From NCBI GenBank assembly GCA_963797095.1, contig CAWCNY010000002.1:160001-224000 (forward strand): 64,000 nt of DNA, read 5' to 3'. Origin of the DNA: an uncultured Chloroflexia bacterium. GTDB lineage: Bacteria > Chloroflexota > Chloroflexia > QHBQ01 > JADMIH01. A program made the position numbers and the translations under genes. Numbering within the stretch: the first letter of the stretch is position 1; every line of letters starts with the position of its first letter. Below, one piece after another: positions 51,931-62,271 of this stretch. The notes under the pieces were generated by a model. The model worked only from the letters and a program-made list of their open reading frames with translations. It was not told where the DNA came from and did no database searches.

Positions 51931-52860
51931 ATGCCTATATCAGAAGAAAGTCAGCAATTGGCGCGTTTAGCCCACACGATCGAACCTACAAGTAGGCTAC
52001 TTCGACATTGGCCTTTGACGGGCGGTGTGTCCGCGCAGGTCACGGCGGTTGAGATCGAGTTGCCAGATGGCACGACCAGGAAATTGGTAGTACGGCGCTA
52101 CGGCGAGACCGATTCAGGGCGCGACTCGCCCACAATGGCAAACGAGTTCAGGCTCATGCAAGCCGCCCTCTCAGCAGGAATACCGGCACCCGCACCTTAT
52201 TACTGCGACCAATCGGGCGTGATTTTTTCCACGCCGTTTCTGGTGATGGAATACGTCGAAGGTGACACGGTATTCGCACCCTCAGAGGTGCCGGACATAA
52301 TCCCCCGGCTAGCTACGCAACTAGCAAGCATCAATAGGATAGACCCTTTGGTCTTCAATCTGGACTTCCTGCCTCGCCAGGAAGAAGTAATCGCAGGCAT
52401 GCTTGCCAACAGGCCCACGCAGCTTGACGAATCGCTGGCTGAGGGCCGAATCCGCGATGCGCTGGGGGCGGTGTGGCCTCTGCATCAGCACAACCGCTTG
52501 GCCCTGCTGCATGGCGATTACTGGCCGGGTAACATCCTATGGCGGGATGGGACGTTGGTTGCCGTCCTCGATTGGGAAGACGCGGCCGTAGGGGACCCGC
52601 TCGCTGACCTCGCCAACAGCAGGCTTGAAATCCTGTGGGCGTTCGGGATGGACGCTACGCTTGATTTCACCCGTTATTACCTGTCCTTGGTGGAGATAGA
52701 TACCACAAAGCTCCCCTACTGGGACCTGTACGCCGCCTTGCGCCCCGCCGGTAAACTTGCAGATTGGGCCGTCGATGCTGACGAAGAGAAGATGATGCGC
52801 GAAAGGCACAGGTTGTTCGTCGAGCGGGCGTTCAAGAAGCTGTCGGCAAATGTAAGCTAG
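51931..52860 (+). CDS. APH/choline-kinase-like phosphotransferase
   Basis: LTGGVS, LVMEYVEG, LLHGDYWPGNIL, VLDWE...GDP..DLA. Confidence 0.9.
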   Translation: MPISEESQQLARLAHTIEPTSRLLRHWPLTGGVSAQVTAVEIELPDGTTRKLVVRRYGETDSGRDSPTMANEFRLMQAALSAGIPAPAPYYCDQSGVIFSTPFLVMEYVEGDTVFAPSEVPDIIPRLATQLASINRIDPLVFNLDFLPRQEEVIAGMLANRPTQLDESLAEGRIRDALGAVWPLHQHNRLALLHGDYWPGNILWRDGTLVAVLDWEDAAVGDPLADLANSRLEILWAFGMDATLDFTRYYLSLVEIDTTKLPYWDLYAALRPAGKLADWAVDADEEKMMRERHRLFVERAFKKLSANVS

Positions 52861-52953
52861 GACTAAGAGCCTATACACAGGCAAACCCAGCAGACAGTAT
52901 ACTCTTTCCATGACCAAGTAACGCAACGCGAAGTGTTGGTTGCAGTGTGAATT

Positions 52954-54855
52954 GTGGAAGTGTGTGTCGTGAGACCTTGTTTGGCTCTTATCCTTTGCCT
53001 TCTACTGGTCGGTGCAGTGATCGACAAATCAGGCGCTGCTTCGTCGCCCGAAGCCCTGTCCGGTTGTGCTGTCCTGTCAGCGCCTTCTGGGACAATTGTC
53101 CATGTGTCTACCGTGGCGCAGTTGCAGGATGCCGTTGCCAACCTGCAATCGAACACCACCATCTTGATCGCGGACGGCGATTACCCGCTTGAGAACACGC
53201 TGGTCATACGCAATGGTGTGCAGAACGTCGCTTTGCGTGGCGCGAGCAGCAACCGTGATGCGGTGGTTATTCGGGGGCATGGCATGAGCAACCCCGACTA
53301 TGGGAATGTGCCTCACGGCGTGCTGGTGCAGACATCCTCCAACGTCCTGATCGCCAACCTGACTATCAAGGATGTCGATTACCACGACATACAGATACAG
53401 GGCGAGCAGAACGCGCAGAGTCCCCACATATACAATGTGCACCTTTTAGATAGTGGCGAGCAGTTCGTGAAGGTATCGACCGGGCCTGGCGGCCCTTATG
53501 CGGACAACGGTGAAGTGGCTTGCTCGGTGATCGAGTACACAGACCGGGCGCGCAGTGACTATACGAACGGCGTGGACGCGCTGGCCGTGTCAGGTTGGGT
53601 GATCCGGGACAACGTGTTCCGCAACATCCGCGCCCCCGAAGGCTCGCTGGCCGGGCCTGCGGTGCTGATGTGGCGCAACTCGCTCAACACATTGGTGGAG
53701 CGCAACCAGTTCATCGAGTGCGACCGGGCGATTGCCCTGGGCCTCAGCGCACCTGACGCCAACTCGCGTGGTGGTGAAACCACTTACGACCACCAGGGCG
53801 GGATCATTCGCAACAACTTCGTGGACCGCGCTGCCGGAAGCCTCACAGGCGATGTTGGGATCACTGTGAATTACGCGCGCCACTTCAAGGTGTACAACAA
53901 TACAGTGGTGCTGAACGATACATTTCCATGGGCCATAGAGTACAGATTCGATGTGAGCAGTGGCGACATCCGGTACAACCTGTCGGATGGTCCCATTCAG
54001 CAGCGCGACGGCGCATCGGCAACAGTGGTTGGCAATCTCACGAACGCCCAACCCGGCTGGTTCGCCAACGCAGGCGCGGGCGACCTGCACCTCGTAGCGG
54101 GCGCTACCCAGGCTATAGACCATGCGGCGACCCTGGCCGACGTGCCAGACGATTACGATGGCACTACTAGGCCCGTGAACGGAGTGCCAGACGTAGGGGC
54201 AGACGAATATGGGGGCACGGGCGAATGCCTGGTGCAGTTCAGCGATGTTGTGCCCGGCTCGACCTTCTATGATTATGTGCACTGCCTGGCTTGCCGTAAC
54301 ATCTTATCCGGTTACGGGGATGGCACATTCCGCCCCAACAACCCTGTGACGCGTGGGCAACTGGCGAAGATAGTGTCCAACTCGGCGGGGTTCACCGATC
54401 CGCCCGGAGGCCAGATGTTCCAGGACGTGCCGTCGGGCAGCACTTTCTTCCAGTGGGTGAATAGGCTTGCAAGCCGTGGGTACTTATCAGGCTATGCGTG
54501 TGGCGGGCCGGGAGAGCCTTGCGGGTCGGGCAACCTGCCATATTTCAGACCGGGCGCATCGGTGACGAGGGGACAGACCTCGAAGATAGTAGCAAGCGCG
54601 GCCCAACTGCCAGATCCACCATCAGGACAGCATACATTCCAGGATGTGCCTGTGGGGAGCACCTTCTGGGCATGGGTGGAGGCGCTTGCAACTTCGGGGG
54701 CGATAAACGGCTATCCGTGCGGCGGGACGGGCGAACCATGTGGGCCGGGGAATCGCTCCTACTTCAGGGTCAATGCCTCGGTGACGAGGGGACAGTCGGC
54801 CAAGATCGTGTCAAGCACCTTCTTCCCGGAGTGCGCGAGCTATGGCGCGCACTGA
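52954..54855 (+). CDS. Secreted right-handed beta-helix (pectate-lyase-like) protein with SLH domains
   Basis: TILIADGDY, IRDNVF.NI, VERNQF, PDVGADE; C-terminal Cys-containing SLH repeats; exact start uncertain. Confidence 0.82.
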   Translation: MEVCVVRPCLALILCLLLVGAVIDKSGAASSPEALSGCAVLSAPSGTIVHVSTVAQLQDAVANLQSNTTILIADGDYPLENTLVIRNGVQNVALRGASSNRDAVVIRGHGMSNPDYGNVPHGVLVQTSSNVLIANLTIKDVDYHDIQIQGEQNAQSPHIYNVHLLDSGEQFVKVSTGPGGPYADNGEVACSVIEYTDRARSDYTNGVDALAVSGWVIRDNVFRNIRAPEGSLAGPAVLMWRNSLNTLVERNQFIECDRAIALGLSAPDANSRGGETTYDHQGGIIRNNFVDRAAGSLTGDVGITVNYARHFKVYNNTVVLNDTFPWAIEYRFDVSSGDIRYNLSDGPIQQRDGASATVVGNLTNAQPGWFANAGAGDLHLVAGATQAIDHAATLADVPDDYDGTTRPVNGVPDVGADEYGGTGECLVQFSDVVPGSTFYDYVHCLACRNILSGYGDGTFRPNNPVTRGQLAKIVSNSAGFTDPPGGQMFQDVPSGSTFFQWVNRLASRGYLSGYACGGPGEPCGSGNLPYFRPGASVTRGQTSKIVASAAQLPDPPSGQHTFQDVPVGSTFWAWVEALATSGAINGYPCGGTGEPCGPGNRSYFRVNASVTRGQSAKIVSSTFFPECASYGAH

Positions 54856-54864
54856 TGTTATTCT

Positions 54865-55962
54865 TTACCCCTCGGTCGCGCGCAAATATCGCTCCACCGA
54901 CCGTCGCACGGCGTTCTTCGCGTCCGGCATAACTACTTTTTCTTTCCAACTGCTATACAGGCGGTCGTATTGGAATGGTTCGACCGCATTGGCTATGTGG
55001 CGCACTTCGCCCGCGTTCAGTGGGATCAGGTTGGGATAGCTGTACATGAAGCTCACCCAGCGCCTGTCTTGCACCACGTAGATTGTATCGCCTGTGAGCA
55101 GCACGCCTTTGCCTTCGACCCCGCCTGCCCAGTGTAATACCGACGAGCCGGGAAAGTGCCCCCCACAGCGCGCCAGGGTCAACCCGTTTCCCAGGTCACG
55201 GTGTTCGCCCGACCAGAATACGATATTGGGGTGAGGGCGCATCGCCCACCGGCGGTCGTCCTCGTGCAGATATATAGGAGCGTTGTCGAAGGCTTTGCTC
55301 CACTCTACGACCGATGAATAGAAATGCGGGTGGGAAATGGCTATGGCCGATATGCCCCCAAGCTCTCGGACCGCTTGCACCGTTGCGTCATCCAGCAGAC
55401 TGATGCACTCCCACAGCACGTTGCCGCCCGGCGAAAGGATGAGGCGTGCCCTCTGGCCGATTGCGAATTGCGGCTCGGTGGTGATACCGATAAGCCCAGG
55501 CTCATCCTCCGAGAGCGCATTCTTGTGGTCAGTCCTCATCTCATCCAGGGTGGTCCACTTCTGGCCGCCCCAACCGATGTACTGCCTTTCGTCCTCGCAA
55601 ATAGGGCAGCTATTGGGCGGATCTTCCGACTCGGCATATTGTGTGCCGCATGTTACGCAAATATAGTTCTTCATCGTTTCTCCTCTGAACTTCTCGTCTA
55701 GCGAACATCGCCTTACCAGTTCCTTACTGCTCACCTCCTGCGCACCCCACTCGATAGCCAGGGCGCGCAGGTCGGGGTGCAAGTCGTAGTGAGGGTGGCG
55801 CGGGTGGTCCTGAAATCCTCGTCTTGGGATGCCCAATCGCCGCGCCATTTCGTGCAACTGCTCGAACCCCTCTTCGGAGAGATCGTCGGTTGCCATATGG
55901 CACCAGTAGCGCCAGCCGCGCGGCCCGGTCTTGTATTCACGGATAGGGTCTACGAGGATCAT
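54865..55962 (-). CDS. DUF4031-like domain in frame with an MBL-fold hydrolase
   Basis: WCHM..D...LH..A...G.....FQ....PHYDL; then MKNYICVTCG.QY, C.ICEDERQY, AISHPHFY, GGHFPG, SFMYSYPN. Confidence 0.82.
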   Translation of the reverse strand: MILVDPIREYKTGPRGWRYWCHMATDDLSEEGFEQLHEMARRLGIPRRGFQDHPRHPHYDLHPDLRALAIEWGAQEVSSKELVRRCSLDEKFRGETMKNYICVTCGTQYAESEDPPNSCPICEDERQYIGWGGQKWTTLDEMRTDHKNALSEDEPGLIGITTEPQFAIGQRARLILSPGGNVLWECISLLDDATVQAVRELGGISAIAISHPHFYSSVVEWSKAFDNAPIYLHEDDRRWAMRPHPNIVFWSGEHRDLGNGLTLARCGGHFPGSSVLHWAGGVEGKGVLLTGDTIYVVQDRRWVSFMYSYPNLIPLNAGEVRHIANAVEPFQYDRLYSSWKEKVVMPDAKNAVRRSVERYLRATEG

Positions 55963-56288
55963 AGAAATGGATCTGGAGAATAATGTACGCAGGGATCAGC
56001 AAACTGCAATGGCTACGATTATATCAAATCGAGCACCGGCGTCGTGGGGCGGGGCCTACAGTTGCCATGGATATGAAGCCGGGCATGTGATTTGCTCAGG
56101 TATTCGGGGCGGCGAAAAAGCCTGGGTATTCGGTATACTGGCTTAAGGGCAAGGAATGTAAGGGAAAATGCATCTATTATGAAGCCAATCGGCTTGCCGG
56201 ATCGTATGTTTACCACCCGATCAGGCGCGCGGTTCCTCCGGCAACAGCGCAAGCGTCCCAACCAACCGGCAGATAAGGTGGAGTCCCA

Positions 56289-58049
56289 ATGTCAGTGCAA
56301 GATCTCAACGGTTTGGTTCGCAAGGGCGAGCCAGGCGGCAATGTTAGGGTGGTATTGCCGTCGCAGGCTTACACCTCCTTGTTCAAGCTGGCCGTTGATA
56401 GATTGCCTTCGGAGACAATCGGCGTATTAATTGGCGAGACTCTTTTGCTTGATACTGAGGGTGGTAATCAGAACTGGATCACAATTCGTGATGCGGTACC
56501 CCTTACTCTTGTCAGTACGCCACATGGCCTCGGTGTGGACAGAGCCGCGTGGCAGGGCCTCTATAACAGGCTGAGCAACTCGTATAACGAGGGCTACGAC
56601 ACATTACAGGTGGTGGGTTGGTTTTACGCGGCCCCAGGCGTCGGCATGCTTAGCCCGATTGTGAGTTTCGACGATCTGACCCAGGCGATCGGCTTTCAGG
56701 CCAACTTGCTGCTGCTGGTAAATCCCCTCACCAACGAAGGAGCTTTCTACAGCGTTTATGATGACGGGTGGGAGCCGGTGGGTGGCTTCTATGAAGTTGT
56801 CTCCGACGAAGGTCAGAGGAAAGGGAGGCGAGCGAAAAGTAAGGGAAGTAGCGATATTATTCCGTGGCATAGTGAGGTGAAGAACGCCACGGAGTGGCTC
56901 GATACTCTGGTAGGCTGTTCTGCCGCACCCGATCCGGCAGAGCCGGAAGATACCTCAGCGCAAACTTCGACACTTCCGGTTGCCGATACTAATGCCAATG
57001 CTCCTTTAGACAGTGAACCTGGTGCCAATGCTCCTTTAGACAGTGAACCTGGTGCCAATGCTCCTTTAGACAGTGAACCTGGACGGGAACCCATAGGGAC
57101 CGAATCCCCACCTGAGTATAGAGATAACCGGCCGGAGCAAGAAACCCAATACGGGTCGCCTACGGTGGCCCTGCCGTTGACCACACAGCGTATGCCCGGC
57201 CCGGCCAGGTGGGTCGCTGCTGAGGAGGTCGGGCCTGCTCCTTCGCGCGTGACGATCAGCCTGATCTGGAAAGTGGCGCTTGCCTGCCTGGCTCTGGTTC
57301 TGCTCGTTGCGCTGGTGATGAATATCGCGTCAGGGGGTTCTTCCGGCTTGCCTGCCGAGTCAAGTGGGCCGACTATTACGCCCCTTAGTCAATCAGACGT
57401 CCCAACTGCGCCAACTGCGGTCGGAGTGCTGCCGGGTGGTATGCCCCAATCGACAGGTGTGCTGGAGACAGCTATAACGGGTACTCCGTCTGCTACACCC
57501 TCTCCCACTTCGATCCGCGCTACTGCAACCGCTACAGCAGTGCCCCCCAGTGCGACGGCAACACCGGGAACGCCTTTTGTACCGACAGTGGTGACGGGAT
57601 CGCACGAGTTTCGGTTTGAGGAGGGAGATTTTACGGGTGGGTACAGGCCGAGCGGCGATCTCTACCGGGGGCGAACGGCACGCCTTCTTTATGCAACGCG
57701 CACCCAGGAGAGCACGATCACGGTCAAGTTCAACCTGAACCTCCAGGCGGGCGGGCCTATAGATGGCGCCGATCTGGTGCTAACTGGGATGGACTCTGCG
57801 GATGCTGTTAAGGCGTCTGTAAGGATTACCCTCAATAATGTAGTTGTCTTCGAAGGGGCGGACCCCCTGGCAAACGAATTGCTTAACACCCCGGCAGACT
57901 CTGCTAACTGGACCACGCACACCTGGCGAGTGCCCGGCAGTGCGTTCCGGCAAGGTGCTAATACTCTCACCATTACCAATCTATCAGCGAGCGTTAGGGG
58001 CTCAACACAACCCTTCGTCGTGTTCGACTACGCTTCGATCTCGTGGTAA
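56289..58049 (+). CDS. Membrane protein: degenerate JAB/MPN domain, disordered linker, TM helix, Pro/Thr linker, extracellular beta-sandwich
   Basis: ETIGVLIG, VVGWFYAAPG, S.DD; TM at IWKVALACLALVLLVALV. Confidence 0.65.
   Translation: MSVQDLNGLVRKGEPGGNVRVVLPSQAYTSLFKLAVDRLPSETIGVLIGETLLLDTEGGNQNWITIRDAVPLTLVSTPHGLGVDRAAWQGLYNRLSNSYNEGYDTLQVVGWFYAAPGVGMLSPIVSFDDLTQAIGFQANLLLLVNPLTNEGAFYSVYDDGWEPVGGFYEVVSDEGQRKGRRAKSKGSSDIIPWHSEVKNATEWLDTLVGCSAAPDPAEPEDTSAQTSTLPVADTNANAPLDSEPGANAPLDSEPGANAPLDSEPGREPIGTESPPEYRDNRPEQETQYGSPTVALPLTTQRMPGPARWVAAEEVGPAPSRVTISLIWKVALACLALVLLVALVMNIASGGSSGLPAESSGPTITPLSQSDVPTAPTAVGVLPGGMPQSTGVLETAITGTPSATPSPTSIRATATATAVPPSATATPGTPFVPTVVTGSHEFRFEEGDFTGGYRPSGDLYRGRTARLLYATRTQESTITVKFNLNLQAGGPIDGADLVLTGMDSADAVKASVRITLNNVVVFEGADPLANELLNTPADSANWTTHTWRVPGSAFRQGANTLTITNLSASVRGSTQPFVVFDYASISW
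56993..57082 (+). repeat. In-frame 30-bp tandem repeat x3
   Basis: TGCCAATGCTCCTTTAGACAGTGAACCTGG x3, encoding (ANAPLDSEPG)3. Confidence 0.95.
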
Positions 58050-58185
58050 CAGGCGCTACCGCGGGTCGAGCAGTCAGGGTTCTACCTGCACAGGTGGCCC
58101 GGTACTTGTAGTATTCGGGTTGAGAGTATGCCGGCTCGGTGCATGGTCCCATGCACCAACCTATCACCCCCGGAGGAGGTATGAC

Positions 58186-59052
58186 ATGTTAGGCAATCAG
58201 AGCTGTAGGACTTTCCTTGCCGTATTCGCCGCAGCATTGCTGGCAATTGCCTGTTTGGCTGCTCCCGTCCCCGCAGCAGCCAAACAGGCATCAAGCGCCC
58301 AGTTTCGCGTGCTACATACCGTTTTCGATGCGCCCGGTATCGATATTTACTTGAACGGCAGCAAGGCAATCACCGACCTGGAGTATAAGGGCGTAACTCC
58401 ACGTACATCTCTCGACGCAGGTACATACACCGTCAAGATTACACGCACAGGTGAGAGCGACAGCATTTTCAGTACCGAGTTGAACCTGGAAGCCGGTAAG
58501 AACTACACCCTGGTGGTCGTGGGCAAGCTGGCTAATGTCAGCGCAAAGCTGCTTGAGGACGATCTGAGCAAGCTTGACGCGGGCAAAGTGCGGGTGCGCC
58601 TCATGCATACCTCGCCCGATACGCCAGCCATAGATGTAGCTTTACAAAACGGCAAGATTCTGGTGCCCAACCTGGGCTTCGCGGAATTTAGCGATTACCT
58701 GACGGTGGATGCAGCTACCATCACCGTGGAGTTGCGGCCGGCGGGCAGCACGACAGTTGCTTTGACGGTGCCCAACGTGGAGTTGGTGGCGGGCACTGTT
58801 TACACGGTAGTAGTAGTGGGTACGTCGAGCGGCGCGCCGGGCTTGGCTCCTGTGGTGCTATCTGACAAGGTACAGGTCGCCGAGGCTCTACCGGCGACGG
58901 GTGGGCCCGGTGGTGCTTCTTCGTCGCCACCCGATACGGTGCCAACCACCGGGGCCGGTACAGACCCATTGGAGGTTTTCTCGCTGGCGGCCTTGCTGGC
59001 GATGGCGCTCATAGCTAGTGGGTCCATTTTGCGCAAGCTTTCCAGCAAGTAG
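58186..59052 (+). CDS. DUF4397 domain protein with C-terminal sortase-type signal
   Basis: RVLH...DAPGID, RVRLMHTSPDTPAID; LPATG and VPTTG followed by TM helix and RK tail; GGAGGAGG RBS. Confidence 0.85.
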   Translation: MLGNQSCRTFLAVFAAALLAIACLAAPVPAAAKQASSAQFRVLHTVFDAPGIDIYLNGSKAITDLEYKGVTPRTSLDAGTYTVKITRTGESDSIFSTELNLEAGKNYTLVVVGKLANVSAKLLEDDLSKLDAGKVRVRLMHTSPDTPAIDVALQNGKILVPNLGFAEFSDYLTVDAATITVELRPAGSTTVALTVPNVELVAGTVYTVVVVGTSSGAPGLAPVVLSDKVQVAEALPATGGPGGASSSPPDTVPTTGAGTDPLEVFSLAALLAMALIASGSILRKLSSK

Positions 59053-59061
59053 TTCTCACTC

Positions 59062-59101
59062 CGGGACGAGAAGGATGGGTCACGACGCATCCTTCTCATC
59101 C
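59062..59101. terminator. Terminator hairpin between convergent genes
   Basis: GAGAAGGATG...CATCCTTCTC. Confidence 0.6.
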
Positions 59102-59116
59102 GCGTCGGTGCGAGTC

Positions 59117-61921
59117 TTACTTCTTCGAGGCTATGTAATTGTCTACAAGCGTTTCGAGCACCTCCAGTGGCACTGTTCCGTTCTGGAGCACCACATCGTG
59201 GAACTCCTTGATATCGAACTTGGAGCCTAATGCTTTCTTGGCCTTCTCTCTTAGCTCAACTATCTTAAGCTCCCCAATCTTGTAGCCCAGAGCTTGGCCG
59301 GGCCATGCAATATACCGGTCAACTTCGCTGGCGTAGGAGCCTGGCGGCGTGCCGAGGGTGTCTTCCATATACTTGTTGGCCTGAGCACGCGTCCAGCGCT
59401 TCCAGTGGATACCTGTATCAACTACCAGGCGGGCGGACCTGAACAACTCGGCCTGCAAGCGTCCCAGGTTGCCGTAGGGATCGTCTTTGTAAAAGCCCGC
59501 CTCGTAGGCCAGTTGCTCGGCGTAGAGACCCCACCCTTCCGTGTAGCCTGTGGAGGTAGGGAAGATGCCGGAGCGCTGGAAGGTTGGCACGTTTGTCAGT
59601 TCGGTCTGGATGCCAAGCTGGAAGTGATGGCCGGGGATGGCTTCATGGTAGGCCAGGGTGGGCATCTGGTACTTGGGGAAGGTGGGCCTCCCCAAGTTGA
59701 CGTAGAATATGCCGGGCCTCGACCCATCGAGCGCGGGCGCGAAGTAGTAGCCGCCGGGCGACCCGGCTTCTTTTTCAGTGGGCACGGCTCGCACCTCCAC
59801 ACCTATTGTTGGCTTGATGTCGAACTGGCTCGCGATCCTGTTATTGGCATCGATGATCAGCGCTTGGAAAGCATCGAGCACCTGCTCTTTTTGGGCCTGG
59901 GTGCGGGTCTGGTATGAGCCACTGTCTTCGGCCACTTTATTCATGGCGTCTGCGAAGCCCAAACCCTTGTAACCCAGGCCATCGAGTATAGTCTGCATTT
60001 CGCCTCTTACCCTGGCGACCTCGCTCAGACCGAGGTTGTAGATCTCCTCAGGGGTCATATCCGTGGTTGTGTAGTGGTGGATGGCGTACTGGTAATAGGC
60101 ATCGCCGTTGGGCAAATCCCATACTCCGTCTGTGATGCGCCCCTTCGGTAGCAGGTCCGTGAGGTAGTCGATCACGAGCTGGTAGGCCGGGTAGACGGTT
60201 TCGCGGACCGCCTTCTCAGCCGATGCAAGCAGGCTTTGCCTATCCGCCGCACTGAGGTTGTTTATCTCATCGAGGCGGGTTTTGAAGTAGGTGTATAGCT
60301 CGTTTTGCGTGGGGTCCTGGTTCACGAAGAAGCGCATCTGGTTAAGGGTGCTCTGGACCATCCATTGTGGCGGGACGATCCCTTTCTGCTCCCGCAGGCG
60401 CAACTGCTCCATTACCCCATCAAATTTGGTCCCATACTCTCCAAGCCGTGCCACGTAGTCCTGGGCGTCCTGCTTGTTGTCCAGGGGCTGGAGGTTCACC
60501 ATCAGGTCTTCGAGGTTGTTTTGCACCCCCGTGACCGGGTTGACGATATAGTCGTCGTACATGAACTCCTGCCCATGCAGCACGTCATCGAGGTGCCATT
60601 CCATGATGGCAGTTGAGACCAGTTGTTGCGGGGTTTGCAATTTGGGATCGTAGGTCTTCAACTGTTGAAGGTATTGCTTCGCAAGTGCGTAGGTCTGTTG
60701 CAGATAGGCGTCGTGTACGTTGGTCAATTTGTCGTTGTGAAAATCCGGCGCGTAGCTGTCGGGGAGGCCCACGCCTGTAAAGGTTTCGGGGTCTCTCAGT
60801 AGGAGGTTTCGGAATACCTGCTCGTAGAAGTCGTTCAGGTTGAGATTAGCGGGCAGTTGCCCCGCCTCGTACTTAGCCTTATAGCGGAAGGTGCCTAGCT
60901 GCGAGAGTAGCACATCGTATGGGGGTTGGTTTTCGGGGTGCTTCTCGAAGACGGCGCGCTCGAAGTATTGGACTGTGTAGGTTTTGCCGTCGAGGTCAGA
61001 CTTCTCGGCAAATTCGCGGCTGATCGGGTAGCCCTGCTGGGCGAGGCCGCCGTGTCGTTTCCAGTAATCAAGGAAGGCCCCGCATACCGCCTGCCCGCTC
61101 TCCTGGAAGACGAGGCAGTTGGGGTCAGGCACCAGCACGATGTTGAATGTGCCTTCGGCCTGCCCCGGCGCGGGGTGGTAGGCGTTGGAGTAGATGGTCT
61201 TGTAGCCGGGGGCCGAGATGTGCATATGGATGTGTTCGGGGGGCCTGCTCTCGAACCGGTAAGCGCCCGTGGCATCGGTCAGCACGGCAGCCCGGTCGTT
61301 TGGATCGTGACCTATGCCTGCTATTTCGGGCCACATTTCCACTTTTGCCCCGGCGATTGGCAGGCAGCCATCGGTGGACAGGACAAAGCCCCGGACGATA
61401 TGGCCTTTGCCCACCGAGTTCTTGATTGGAGGGTTCGGCTCATATGGGCCAGGCGGGTCATCGGTGGTGGCTGTGCATGGAGTCTGTGCTGCGCTCGCCG
61501 GGAGGGTTAGCGATGCGCCTCCCGGCTCGCCGTCGGGGTATTTGGCCTTGAAGAGTAACGTGCCCAACTGTGTAAGAAGTACGTTGTACGGGGCCCGGTT
61601 CTCAGGGTGGTATTCGAAAACGGCGCGCTCGAAATACTGGACTGTGTAGGTTTTGCCATTCAGATCGCTTGTCTCTTGCATTTCGTCGGAGATGGGATAG
61701 CCTTGCTGGGGTAGGCCGCCATTGTTGTTCCAGTAGTCGAGGAAAAGCCCATTGACGGTCTTGCCCGTTTCGGGGAAGGTGCGTGTGCCGTCGCCTGGGA
61801 CCGGCACCGGAGTAGCCTGGGCCTGTATGCTTGCCGGTTCTCCTATTCGCGATCCCGACCCGAAGCCCAGTATGATTATCAATGCGGCCAATGCTGTTGA
61901 TTTTCCGGCTTTGCGTTGCAT
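59117..61921 (-). CDS. Secreted multidomain protein: FPETG-type surface repeats, intradiol-dioxygenase-like domain and DUF885 metallopeptidase-like domain
   Basis: Two YW..GGL.QQGYPIS..YTVQYFERAVFE.HPEN repeats; TDATGAYRF..HIH; YHEAIPGHHFQ, EGWGLYAE, RLVVDTGIH, PGQALGYKIG. Confidence 0.85.
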   Translation of the reverse strand: MQRKAGKSTALAALIIILGFGSGSRIGEPASIQAQATPVPVPGDGTRTFPETGKTVNGLFLDYWNNNGGLPQQGYPISDEMQETSDLNGKTYTVQYFERAVFEYHPENRAPYNVLLTQLGTLLFKAKYPDGEPGGASLTLPASAAQTPCTATTDDPPGPYEPNPPIKNSVGKGHIVRGFVLSTDGCLPIAGAKVEMWPEIAGIGHDPNDRAAVLTDATGAYRFESRPPEHIHMHISAPGYKTIYSNAYHPAPGQAEGTFNIVLVPDPNCLVFQESGQAVCGAFLDYWKRHGGLAQQGYPISREFAEKSDLDGKTYTVQYFERAVFEKHPENQPPYDVLLSQLGTFRYKAKYEAGQLPANLNLNDFYEQVFRNLLLRDPETFTGVGLPDSYAPDFHNDKLTNVHDAYLQQTYALAKQYLQQLKTYDPKLQTPQQLVSTAIMEWHLDDVLHGQEFMYDDYIVNPVTGVQNNLEDLMVNLQPLDNKQDAQDYVARLGEYGTKFDGVMEQLRLREQKGIVPPQWMVQSTLNQMRFFVNQDPTQNELYTYFKTRLDEINNLSAADRQSLLASAEKAVRETVYPAYQLVIDYLTDLLPKGRITDGVWDLPNGDAYYQYAIHHYTTTDMTPEEIYNLGLSEVARVRGEMQTILDGLGYKGLGFADAMNKVAEDSGSYQTRTQAQKEQVLDAFQALIIDANNRIASQFDIKPTIGVEVRAVPTEKEAGSPGGYYFAPALDGSRPGIFYVNLGRPTFPKYQMPTLAYHEAIPGHHFQLGIQTELTNVPTFQRSGIFPTSTGYTEGWGLYAEQLAYEAGFYKDDPYGNLGRLQAELFRSARLVVDTGIHWKRWTRAQANKYMEDTLGTPPGSYASEVDRYIAWPGQALGYKIGELKIVELREKAKKALGSKFDIKEFHDVVLQNGTVPLEVLETLVDNYIASKK

Positions 61922-62271
61922 TGTTCCTACCTCCTCGACATGCGGTGCGTAGCCTGGGCGCAACCGGCTCGCTATTGCTCAGTATTACCCCACAGGTAGA
62001 GCGTGGGTTCCAACTTGATTCGCCTGTGATGGGCTTGAAATGTATACCTTTGGCTGTGTCAGCGTTGGTTTTGGCGGCCTTTGTTGGTGGCAAGGTTTAC
62101 TTCCCCTCACTTACTAAATGACATTAGTGAGACAAAACGGGACAGGTTTTGGGGTGTACTTAAGGGTGGTTTTTCGGGTAAAATAACAATTACCCCATAT
62201 AAGGCAACCGTCGGTGTGCGGCAAGTGATAGCTGTGCGCCGTCTGCCAATAGATAAAATAGAAGGAGCTAT

